Assembly: GCA_964652155.1 (NCBI GenBank)
Contig: CAZZBK010000010.1
Span: 3,863 to 67,862, forward strand
Direction of reading: 5' to 3'
Length of the DNA: 64,000 bases
Source of the DNA: an uncultured Planctomycetaceae bacterium
GTDB lineage: Bacteria; Planctomycetota; Planctomycetia; Pirellulales; PNKZ01
How positions within the stretch are numbered: position 1 is the first letter of the stretch; each line of letters begins with the position of its first letter. This document shows, in pieces, positions 39,224-47,546 of the stretch. Made by a program: the position numbers and the translations under genes. The notes beneath the pieces were generated by a model. It was not told where the DNA came from. It worked only from the letters and a program-made list of their open reading frames with translations, and ran no database searches.

Positions 39224-39445
39224 ATGAATTTAACTGCGGTCTATCAAAAAGTACCCGAAGGTTACATCGCTTTCGTGGAGGAGTTGCCCGGGGCAAACTC
39301 GCAAGGGACGACGCTGGATGAGGCTCGAGAAAACTTGCAGGAGGCGGTTGCTCTTGTCCTAGAAGGCAATCGACTACTGGCAGAGGAGCGTTTGCAAGGC
39401 GAGACCGGTGTTATTCGTGAACCGCTTTTGATACTTGATCCATGA
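39224..39445 (+). CDS. hicB: HicB-family antitoxin (short, UPF0150-type)
   Basis: YIAFVEELPGANSQGTTLDEARENLQEAVALVLE matches the HicB N-terminal fold pattern. AGGAG lies 7 nt upstream of ATG 39224. AT-richer codons than the neighbours. Confidence 0.8.
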   Translation: MNLTAVYQKVPEGYIAFVEELPGANSQGTTLDEARENLQEAVALVLEGNRLLAEERLQGETGVIREPLLILDP

Positions 39446-39627
39446 AGCGAGTCGACCTCATTCGACCTCTGACCAAACACGGATGTGAGTTCTTGCGTGA
39501 AGGCGGACGACACTCGCTGTTCGTTCATCGAGCCAATCAAAAAGTTTCGGCAGTTCCACGCCACCGTGAGGTCAACGAGGGGCTTGCTAAAAAAATCTGC
39601 CGCGATCTTGAGATCCCCCAGCCATGA
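39442..39627 (+). CDS. hicA: HicA-family mRNA interferase toxin
   Basis: 61 aa. LTKHGCEFLREGGRHSLFVH...VPRHREV..GLAKKICRDL pattern of HicA/YcfA toxins. ATGA overlaps with hicB (39442-39445) and with the downstream gene (39624-39627). Confidence 0.8.
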   Translation: MKRVDLIRPLTKHGCEFLREGGRHSLFVHRANQKVSAVPRHREVNEGLAKKICRDLEIPQP

Positions 39628-40619
39628 CGGTTCTCGTCACCGGAGCAACGGGGTTCTTGGGACGCTACGTGGTCGAGCAACTCGTCGCGCGGGGCGAGCA
39701 GGTTCGGGCACTCGTGCGTCGACCGGCTTGTGAGTTGCAACAACTCGGTGTCGAGATCGCGCTGGGCGATCTGCGCGAGCGAGACAAGGTGATCGAAGCC
39801 TGCCGCGGTATCACGACCGTGTATCACGTCGCGGCGGTTGCCGGTATCTGGGGACCGTGGTCGCAATACTTCAGCATCAACGTCGAAGGGACTCGCCACG
39901 TACTCGCCGGCTGCCGCGAACAGGGGGTCCAAAAGCTGATCTACACGAGCAGCCCAAGCGTCACCTTCGCTGGCGGCGATCAGTCGGGGATCGACGAGTC
40001 GGCCCCCTATCCCGAGCGGTGGCTGTGTCACTACCCGCACACCAAGGCGATCGCCGAGCGCGAAGTGCTCGCGGCACATGGCCCGGGGCTCGCCACCTGT
40101 GCGTTGCGACCGCATCTGATCTGGGGACCGCGCGACGGACATTTGGTGCCACGACTCATCGAGCGCGCCCGCTTTGGGCAGTTGCGTCAGGTCGGCGCGG
40201 GCAAGAACCTCGTCGACATGATTTATGTCGAAAACGCCGCCGAGGCACACCTTCAAGCGGCCGACGCCCTCGCAGCAGACTCCAGCGTCGGAGGCAAGGC
40301 GTACTTCCTGAGCCAAGGGGAGCCGGTCAACTGCTGGGACTGGATCAACGAGCTACTCGCGCTGGTGCAATTGCCCCCCGTGCGACGCAGCGTACCACTG
40401 AGTGTGGCCTACGCCCTCGGCGCGATGCTTGAGACGGTGTATCGGCTGTTGCGAAAAAATGACGAGCCCCGCATGACCCGCTTCTTGGCATTGCAGTTGG
40501 GGCGTGACCACTATTTCAACATCGACGCCGCTCGGCGCGACTTGGGTTACCAGCCGACCGTGTCGACGACGGAAGGAATGAAAAAACTTGGTGAGTGGTT
40601 GCAGCAATCGTTGCAATAG
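39624..40619 (+). CDS. OleD-like NAD(P)-dependent reductase (3-beta-hydroxysteroid dehydrogenase / epimerase family)
   Basis: VLVTGATGFLGRYVV Rossmann motif, catalytic YPHTK (YxxxK). 331 aa extended-SDR of the 3beta-HSD type. Confidence 0.75.
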   Translation: MTVLVTGATGFLGRYVVEQLVARGEQVRALVRRPACELQQLGVEIALGDLRERDKVIEACRGITTVYHVAAVAGIWGPWSQYFSINVEGTRHVLAGCREQGVQKLIYTSSPSVTFAGGDQSGIDESAPYPERWLCHYPHTKAIAEREVLAAHGPGLATCALRPHLIWGPRDGHLVPRLIERARFGQLRQVGAGKNLVDMIYVENAAEAHLQAADALAADSSVGGKAYFLSQGEPVNCWDWINELLALVQLPPVRRSVPLSVAYALGAMLETVYRLLRKNDEPRMTRFLALQLGRDHYFNIDAARRDLGYQPTVSTTEGMKKLGEWLQQSLQ

Positions 40620-40659
40620 CATCCGATTGAGGCGCAGTCCATTATTGACCCCTGCGCAG

Positions 40660-40750
40660 CAATTGAGCCAGGGCGACCATCGGAAGCCCGGTATTTCCAG
40701 GACTCGCGTTGCTCGCCGGGGCTCTTTTGCTGCGTCTACCTCAATAGGAG
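40660..40750 (+). repeat. diverged third copy of the same element family
   Basis: gcgaccatcggaagcccggtatttccaggactcgcgttgctcgcc...ctacctcaatagg shares the ccggtattt core, the cgagcaacgcgag/ctcgcgttgctcg arm and the cctcaata tail. Boundaries are approximate. Confidence 0.55.
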
Positions 40751-40917
40751 TTAGACTCTTTTGACGGCTGTGTGGTCACTGGGCCGGCCAAAACATTTTC
40801 TTCGCTCGAAATCGAGTCCTCGCCGTCGCGCGACTTGCATCTAATTGACCACCGCGAGGTGAGTTAAGGTGCTATTGCTCGACAGTACGTTCTCGCCCAT
40901 GAATCGGCCGGCGCATT

Positions 40918-41907
40918 CTATTTGCGTTTCATCGCCCACGTTCCTTGAAAGAGTTCTTCGCTTTTGTCGCCCCTTGGCATATATCCACGGAGAGTTCCCT
41001 CCATAGCGCCTCCGGCCGTGTCCACCGTCCCCTTAAAATCAATGATGAGCACGCCGCGTGCCATGGGCTGGCTGACGAGATAAAAACGTATGGACTTACG
41101 TTCGATCTTTCCGAGAGTCGGCTTACCGAACCAACCTGGAGGCATCCATACCGCGCCGGATAAAATGATCGAACTCCCCTTATCGAGCGGCATGTTGCTC
41201 TCATCGGGTTGAATGTTCACTCCGATCGCGCGTCGACCCGTGACAGTCCCTAGGCCGCTCACATCTCCGCTGATTTTCTCGACCGTGTACGAGCCCGACC
41301 AGCCGCCGGTTATGTCCTTAATCACGGTCTGAGTCTCCGTGTCGATCGGAGTGGCTGGCGGTGATGGTTTCGTCGGCGGCGAAGTATTGAACGAATCCGG
41401 TTTCACACTGGGTGGCATCGTTGAACTGGTAGAAGTCGGGGGGACCAGTGTCTTTGTTCCTGGTGCGCCAGGAACGACCGTCATCGTCAACTCTCCTCCC
41501 GCCCCTGGCGAACCGCCGATTTCAAAACGATATTCTCCCGGTGGTAGAGCCAAAATAGGATTCGATTCTAGCTCGCGCAGATATCGCTGCTCGGTCACCG
41601 AGTAGAGATTGCTCTTCCGCAATTTTGTTGATGTGTAGCCGACTTCTGGATCATCAAAACGATATTGAAGGTTCACCCCCGACGCGTCGGCAGGGATGAT
41701 AAAGCGGCCGGCTCGCAGCACGGGCTGCTGTTGTCCGTTTAGAGTCTCGCTCACGATCTCAGCGACGACACTGTACGAATTGCCGGTTTTCAATATCGCC
41801 GGCTTCTCGACAGCCGTAGGTGGCGGCTCAGCCCCAACGGTAATCATGGTCGACACCCATGCAACCATCGTCCAGGCAACTACGTTGACCATTCGGCTTT
41901 TCATCAT
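40918..41907 (-). CDS. hypothetical secreted two-domain protein with Pro/Ser/Thr-rich linker (low-GC orphan)
   Basis: Signal/anchor VVAWTMVAWVSTMITVGA. Central PPTSTSSTMPPSVKPDSFNTSPPTKPSPPATP linker. Codon usage visibly AT-richer than surrounding genes. No recognised domain. Confidence 0.5.
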   Translation of the reverse strand: MMKSRMVNVVAWTMVAWVSTMITVGAEPPPTAVEKPAILKTGNSYSVVAEIVSETLNGQQQPVLRAGRFIIPADASGVNLQYRFDDPEVGYTSTKLRKSNLYSVTEQRYLRELESNPILALPPGEYRFEIGGSPGAGGELTMTVVPGAPGTKTLVPPTSTSSTMPPSVKPDSFNTSPPTKPSPPATPIDTETQTVIKDITGGWSGSYTVEKISGDVSGLGTVTGRRAIGVNIQPDESNMPLDKGSSIILSGAVWMPPGWFGKPTLGKIERKSIRFYLVSQPMARGVLIIDFKGTVDTAGGAMEGTLRGYMPRGDKSEELFQGTWAMKRK

Positions 41908-42394
41908 TCAGGTACCCAAGAATTGGATCTCAGTTGAAAAGGTAATAGCCGCAACGTCAGCAATTTAACGCAAAATTCATACCGTCGATGGCCGAAATAT
42001 GCCTAATTTAGAAGGACGGAAACAAAGCACCAATTGCCATTGATCTTGGGGCATAAACTTCCCCTGCACCGAAATCCGAGTCATTCGCAGGGTAACCGTG
42101 AGACTGTGCGGTCAATTCACACCACCCGTCCCATACCGCACACATTCACAGTGCTTAGAGCCCTGGAACGAATTAACCCCGCAGTTCTAATTTGCTTCGC
42201 ATCGGTCAATCAACGAAGGCCAGCGGGCTTTTCAGAAAGAACGTTGCTTGATCTCGCCGGCCTGGGAGTGTACGACCGACTCAGGTCGCGTTAGCTATTT
42301 GCCCTGAACGACTTGCGGTCGGCGGCTTGTCAATAAGACGGCCAAGCGATACCTTCAGGGGTTTCCATGCTAACCGTCCCTTGGATTTGTCGCG

Positions 42395-43642
42395 ATGATA
42401 GCCGGCAGCCGCAGCGATCATGACCGGATTGTGATCACCGGCATCGGCTTGACCGCTCCCAACGGTAACTCGCTGGCCGACTACCGCGCTGCGATCCTGG
42501 CTGGTCGCTCGGGGGTGCAAAAGTACGACATCCGCTACGTAGGTCAAACGCTGGCCGGGATTTGCAACTTCGACGAGCTGCGGTACCAGAAGAAGAAAGA
42601 GGTCCGCCGCGGTACACGGGCCGGCAGCGTGGGTATCTACTGCGCGAACGAAGCGGTGCGCGACTCGCTCATCGACTGGCCGAAGGTTAACCTCGACCGC
42701 GTGGGTATTTATGTCGGCGTCACCGAGCATGGAAACGTCGAGACCGAGAACGAAATCTTTCAACTCCAGAGTTTCGACTACGATACGAAGTTCTGGTCGC
42801 ACCACCACAACCCGCGCACGGTGGCCAACAACCCGGCGGGCGAAATCTCGCTGAACATGGGCATTACCGGGCCGCACTATACGATCGGTGCTGCCTGCGC
42901 TGCCGGGAATGCGGGGTTTATCCAGGGCTGCCAGATGCTCCGGCTTGACGAGGTTGACTTAGCCATCGCGGGTGGCGTTTCGGAGAGTATTCACACGTTT
43001 GGTATCTTCGCCAGTTTTAAGAGCCAAGGGGCGTTGGCCTCGCATGAAGATCCGACGAAAGCCTCGCGCCCCTTCGACAAGGCCCGCAATGGGATTGTGG
43101 TTGCCGAAGGGGGTGGCCTCGTCACGCTCGAACGGCTCAGCGACGCTAAGGCCCGTGGGGCGAGGATTTACGGCGAGATCGTGGGTTACGCCATGAACAG
43201 CGACGCGAGCGATTTCGTGCTTCCGAACGCCGAACGGCAAGCCGAATGCGTCCGCAAGGCATTGAAGTCAGCCCAGCTTAATCCGGAAAACATCGATATT
43301 GTGAGTACCCATGCGACGGGGACCGGAGCGGGTGACGCGCAGGAGTGCGCGGCTCTGCGTCAGGTTTTCGAGGGGTGCTCCCAGACTCGTTTCAATAACA
43401 CCAAGAGCTTTATCGGCCACGCGATGGGGGCGGCCGGCGCACTGGAACTCCTCGGCAATCTGCCCGCCTTTGAAGACCACGTATGCCACCCAACCATTAA
43501 TGTCGATGAGTTGGATACCGACTGCGCCCTGCCGGGCTTGGTGCTCAATGAGCCTCAGGAAACGGGGGCGGTGCGAACGATTTTGAACAATTCGTTCGGC
43601 ATGTTGGGAATTAACTCTGTGGTGATCGTCCAAAAACGGTAA
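42395..43642 (+). CDS. beta-ketoacyl-ACP synthase, KAS I/II (FabB/FabF-like) family
   Basis: Cys-His-His triad contexts GAACAAGNAG, STHATGTGAGD, TKSFIGHAMGAAG. 415 aa. Confidence 0.88.
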   Translation: MIAGSRSDHDRIVITGIGLTAPNGNSLADYRAAILAGRSGVQKYDIRYVGQTLAGICNFDELRYQKKKEVRRGTRAGSVGIYCANEAVRDSLIDWPKVNLDRVGIYVGVTEHGNVETENEIFQLQSFDYDTKFWSHHHNPRTVANNPAGEISLNMGITGPHYTIGAACAAGNAGFIQGCQMLRLDEVDLAIAGGVSESIHTFGIFASFKSQGALASHEDPTKASRPFDKARNGIVVAEGGGLVTLERLSDAKARGARIYGEIVGYAMNSDASDFVLPNAERQAECVRKALKSAQLNPENIDIVSTHATGTGAGDAQECAALRQVFEGCSQTRFNNTKSFIGHAMGAAGALELLGNLPAFEDHVCHPTINVDELDTDCALPGLVLNEPQETGAVRTILNNSFGMLGINSVVIVQKR

Positions 43643-43705
43643 ATTGGTGGTTCGCTCGCGGCCTGGGATTGCGAGTGGTTTTGACTACAACGGAGCTACG
43701 ACGGC

Positions 43706-43966
43706 ATGACTCGCGATGAGATTCGCTCAGAGATTGTCGATATTCTTGAGAACATTGCGCCGGATGAGGATCTCTCGGGCCTGAAGGACGAACTCTCGTT
43801 CCGCGAGCAGCTTTCGCTCGACAGCATGGATTTTCTCGACATTGTGATGGAGCTGCGCAAGCGGCATCGCATCCAGGTGCCCGAGCAAGACTACCTGCAA
43901 CTGGCCTCGATGGCGTCGACGGTCGCGTACCTGGAACCCAAAATGCGCGATTTGCAAAAGGCCTAG
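43706..43966 (+). CDS. acyl carrier protein
   Basis: 86 aa. Phosphopantetheine attachment context QLSLDSMDFLDIVMEL. Confidence 0.85.
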   Translation: MTRDEIRSEIVDILENIAPDEDLSGLKDELSFREQLSLDSMDFLDIVMELRKRHRIQVPEQDYLQLASMASTVAYLEPKMRDLQKA

Positions 43967-44049
43967 GCGGGGTCCGTGTCCCGAGTGCGATCGGTTGCCT
44001 CACTGCGGCGGTCGAGCGGCACGCACGCTCTGCGGCAAGTCGTTTTCCC

Positions 44050-45423
44050 ATGTACGACACGATCATCATCGGCGCTGGCATGTCGGGTCTCGCGGCAGGC
44101 ATCCGCCTGGCGTATTTCAACCGACGGGTTTGCATCCTCGAACGCCACACGACCATCGGCGGGCTGAACTCGTTCTATCGGCTCGGCGGACGCAATTACG
44201 ACGTCGGCCTGCATGCCGTCACCAACTACACCCCGAAAGGGGCCAAGCAGGGCCCGCTCGCGCGCTTGCTGCGGCAGCTTCGTATCTCCTGGGACGAACT
44301 CGAGCTCAAGCCGCAACTCGGCTCGCGCATTGCCTTTCCCGGGGTCGACCTGCGCATGACCAACGACTTTGCACAGCTTGAAAGCGACATTGCCGAACGC
44401 TTCCCCCAGCAGATCGACAACTTTCGCAAGCTCCAAGCTCAGATCGTCGACTACGACGCACTCGATGCCGCGAAGATGGATCAGTCAGCCCGCGCCATGC
44501 TAAACGAGTACCTGACCGACCCGCTGTTGATCGAAATGCTCTTCTGTCCTCTGATGTATTATGGCAGTGCCCGCGAACACGACATGGACTGGGGGCAGTT
44601 CTGCATCATGTTCCGCAGCATCTTCTACGAAGGGTTTGCGCGACCGTTCGATGGCGTGCGGACGCTGCTCAAGTTGCTCGTGAAAAAGTTTCGCGGACTG
44701 GGGGGCGAGCTACGGCTCCGCAGTGGTGTGCGGAAGATTCATGAAGCCGACAGGAAGGTCACTTCGGTCGAATTGGACGACGGCTCTCGACTCGAAGCGG
44801 CCCAGGTGCTGAGCAGCGCCGGACACGTCGAGACACTGCGTCTGTGCGATGTTCAGCCCACTCCGCCGAGCGCAGGTCAGCTCTCGTTCATCGAGTCCAT
44901 TTCGACGCTCGATTGCCAACCACGCGACTTGGGGATCGGCGAGACGATCGTATTCTTTAACGATCACGACACATTCGACTGGCGGCGCCCCGACGCGTTG
45001 GCCGACATGCGGAGCGGCGTGATTTGCTCCCCGAACAACTATGCCTACGAAGAACCGCTCGCCGAGGGGTCGGTCCGCATCACGTCGCTGGCGAACTTTG
45101 ACCGCTGGCAATCGCTCGACGACGCGGCGTATCGTGCGCAAAAGCAGCATTGGTACGAGCAGATGACCGCCTCGGCCGTGCGTTTTGTCCGCGATTTTCG
45201 CACGCATACGGTGGCCACCGACATGTTCACGCCGACGACCATTCGTCGTTTTACGGGGCATGTCAACGGGGCGGTCTATGGCGCGCCGCGCAAATTGTTC
45301 GATGGCCAAACCCATCTGAAAAACCTCTTTCTTTGCGGGACAGATCAGGGGTTTGTCGGTATCATTGGGTCCATCATCAGCGGCATCACCATGGCCAATC
45401 GTTATTGCCTGAGCAACGAGTAG
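44050..45423 (+). CDS. NAD(P)/FAD-dependent oxidoreductase, phytoene-desaturase (CrtI)/amine-oxidase-like family
   Basis: N-terminal dinucleotide fold YDTIIIGAGMSGLAAG...ILERHTTIGGLNSFY. About 457 aa, typical of CrtI-like flavoenzymes. Confidence 0.75.
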   Translation: MYDTIIIGAGMSGLAAGIRLAYFNRRVCILERHTTIGGLNSFYRLGGRNYDVGLHAVTNYTPKGAKQGPLARLLRQLRISWDELELKPQLGSRIAFPGVDLRMTNDFAQLESDIAERFPQQIDNFRKLQAQIVDYDALDAAKMDQSARAMLNEYLTDPLLIEMLFCPLMYYGSAREHDMDWGQFCIMFRSIFYEGFARPFDGVRTLLKLLVKKFRGLGGELRLRSGVRKIHEADRKVTSVELDDGSRLEAAQVLSSAGHVETLRLCDVQPTPPSAGQLSFIESISTLDCQPRDLGIGETIVFFNDHDTFDWRRPDALADMRSGVICSPNNYAYEEPLAEGSVRITSLANFDRWQSLDDAAYRAQKQHWYEQMTASAVRFVRDFRTHTVATDMFTPTTIRRFTGHVNGAVYGAPRKLFDGQTHLKNLFLCGTDQGFVGIIGSIISGITMANRYCLSNE

Positions 45424-45465
45424 CTCTGCACGGCCTTTCCTCGTTTTCACTCCCCTCGCTTTCGC

Positions 45466-46914
45466 ATGACCAAAGACTTCTTGGCTAATTGTCGCGATCA
45501 ATACGACGTGATCGTCATCGGCAGCGGCTTGGCCGGCTTGACCTCGGCCAACACGTTGGCCAAGGCGGGGCACAGTGTCCTGCTGCTCGAACATCATTAC
45601 CAGTTGGGGGGCATGGCCACCTGGTTCAAACGCCGCAACGGTCACATCTTTGACATTTCCTTGCACGGCTTTCCGGTCGGCATGATCAAGAGCTGCCGCC
45701 GCTACTGGACCGACGAGATCGCCGACTCGATCGTGCAACTCAAGAACATCCGCTTCGACAACCCGATGTTCTCGCTCAGCACGTCGTTCACCCGCGACGA
45801 CTTCACGCGTCAACTGGTCGAGAAGTTCGGCCTGCCGCAGGCCCAGGTGCAAGCCTTTTTCGACTATGCCCGGGGAATGAATTTCTACGACGACCAGTCG
45901 CTCAGCACCGGAGCGTTGTTTGAGAAGTTCTTTCCCGGCCGCGAGGACGTGATTCGCCTGCTCATGGAGCCGATCACTTACGCCAACGGCTCGACGCTCG
46001 AAGATCCCGCGATCAGCTACGGCATCGTCTTCTCGAATTTCATGAGCAAAGGGGTGTTCACGTTCCAGGGAGGCACCGACCGGCTCATCGGCCTGATTCG
46101 CGACGATTTGGTGCATAACGGTGTCGACGTGCGCATTCGTGCCCAGGTCGAGAAGATCCATGTTCGCCACGGACGCGTCGCCGGGGTCACGGTCAACGGC
46201 CGTATGATCGGCGCGCGGGCCATTGTTGCCAACTCGAATCTCAAGAGCACGATCTTCAACCTGGTGGGCGAAGAGCATTTCGATCGCCAGTTCATCGACG
46301 ACGCCCGGGCCGTGCGGCTCAACAACAGCAGCACGCAGGTTTATATGGCGCTCAAGCCCGGCGAGCAAATCGACGAATCGTGCGGCGATTTGCTGTTCAG
46401 TTCGACGGCTCCGTTGTTCCGCACCGAAGCGTTGCTGAGCCGCAACGTGACCAGTCGCACCTACTCGTTCTACTATCCGCGCACTCGACCGGGCAGCGAC
46501 CGTTGTCTGGTGGTGTCGAGCACCAACGCTCATTACCGCGATTGGGCCGATCTATCGGACGAAGACTATCAAGCCTCGAAGGCCGACTTGATCGAAACCA
46601 CACTCGCGGCGGCCGAGAAATACGTCCCCGACATTCGCGGCAAAATCGATCACATCGAAGCCTCCACTCCCAAGACGTTTGAGCGTTACACCCAGCATCT
46701 GCAAGGGGCCAGCTTTGGCACCAAGTTCGAAGGGCTCGCCGTGAGCCGGGCGATTTGCGATCAAGTTCGTGGACTGTACCACGCCGGCAGCGTCGGCATC
46801 ATCATGTCGGGCTGGCTGGGGGCCGTGAACTACGGCGTCATTGTCGCCAACGATGTCGACGCGTTGCTGCTCAAGTCGAGCCAGTCGCCGTCGACCGAGG
46901 TCGCCGCGTCATGA
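45466..46914 (+). CDS. NAD(P)/FAD-dependent oxidoreductase, phytoene-desaturase (CrtI)-like family (second paralogue)
   Basis: [16 protein letters not shown]...[15 protein letters not shown] dinucleotide fold. 482 aa. The stop overlaps the next start (ATGA 46911-46914). Confidence 0.75.
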   Translation: MTKDFLANCRDQYDVIVIGSGLAGLTSANTLAKAGHSVLLLEHHYQLGGMATWFKRRNGHIFDISLHGFPVGMIKSCRRYWTDEIADSIVQLKNIRFDNPMFSLSTSFTRDDFTRQLVEKFGLPQAQVQAFFDYARGMNFYDDQSLSTGALFEKFFPGREDVIRLLMEPITYANGSTLEDPAISYGIVFSNFMSKGVFTFQGGTDRLIGLIRDDLVHNGVDVRIRAQVEKIHVRHGRVAGVTVNGRMIGARAIVANSNLKSTIFNLVGEEHFDRQFIDDARAVRLNNSSTQVYMALKPGEQIDESCGDLLFSSTAPLFRTEALLSRNVTSRTYSFYYPRTRPGSDRCLVVSSTNAHYRDWADLSDEDYQASKADLIETTLAAAEKYVPDIRGKIDHIEASTPKTFERYTQHLQGASFGTKFEGLAVSRAICDQVRGLYHAGSVGIIMSGWLGAVNYGVIVANDVDALLLKSSQSPSTEVAAS

Positions 46915-47342
46915 GCCGTGAGCAAATCGAGCAGGCGATTCCACATCGACCGCCGTTTCTCTTGCTCGACGAAATCGTCAGCTGGGAGCCCGAGCGAATT
47001 GTCTGCCGCAAACGGTTCGCGCCCGACGAACCGTTCTACGCGGGGCATTACCCGCAGTTCCCCATCACGCCCGGCGTGCTGTTGTGCGAAGCGGCGATGC
47101 AAGCGGGGGCGGTCTTGCTCTCGAAAATCGTCACAGTCGACAACGGTGGCGTGCCGGTCGCCACTCGACTCAACGACGTCAAGTTCAAACGCATGGTTCG
47201 CCCTGGCGAGACGATCGAGATCGAGGTCTCGCTCACCGAACGATTGGGCGATGCGTTTTTCCTGCGCGCCAAGGTCACCTGCGCGGGTCAAGTTGCCGTG
47301 CGGTTCGATTTTGCCGTGACCCAGGCCCCGCTGCCGAAATAA
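46911..47342 (+). CDS. FabZ-like 3-hydroxyacyl-ACP dehydratase (hotdog fold)
   Basis: [14 protein letters not shown]...[25 protein letters not shown] matches the FabZ/FabA active-site region. Start at ATG 46911, not at the track start 46755. Confidence 0.8.
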   Translation: MSREQIEQAIPHRPPFLLLDEIVSWEPERIVCRKRFAPDEPFYAGHYPQFPITPGVLLCEAAMQAGAVLLSKIVTVDNGGVPVATRLNDVKFKRMVRPGETIEIEVSLTERLGDAFFLRAKVTCAGQVAVRFDFAVTQAPLPK

Positions 47343-47423
47343 ATCGCCGCCCGACAGCATGCTTGTCGAGGTGGGAGCGACTGAAAAATTGGTGGAGCAG
47401 CGGAATCGGTTATGGTCGGAAGG

Positions 47424-47513
47424 GTGGCTGGCGTTTTGCGCAGCAAACCCCGGCGTGCGCCCATGACACCGCCTCGAATTGAGCCGGGTTTTGCTGCGCA
47501 AAACGCCAGCCAC
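47424..47513. terminator. very long hairpin (31-bp stem, 1 mismatch, 28-nt loop) between convergent operons
   Basis: gtggctggcgttttgcgcagcaaaccccggc (47424-47454) pairs with gccgggttttgctgcgcaaaacgccagccac (47483-47513). Confidence 0.6.
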
Positions 47514-47546
47514 TCATAGAGCTGACGCTCACACCTTGTCGCGCGA

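Noticed and set aside
42034-42294. 86-aa plus-strand ORF upstream of the KAS gene
   Set aside because: TTG/GTG-type track start, no motif, and it sits in a low-GC non-coding leader. Insufficient evidence for a gene.
42395-43642. Possibility that this condensing enzyme is the missing OleA
   Set aside because: It has the Cys-His-His triad and the roughly 415-aa length of elongating KAS I/II enzymes, not the FabH-like thiolase architecture of OleA.
44710-46533. 607-aa minus-strand ORF spanning both CrtI-like genes
   Set aside because: It crosses the intergenic gap of two well-supported plus-strand genes and has no recognisable domain. It is a shadow frame.
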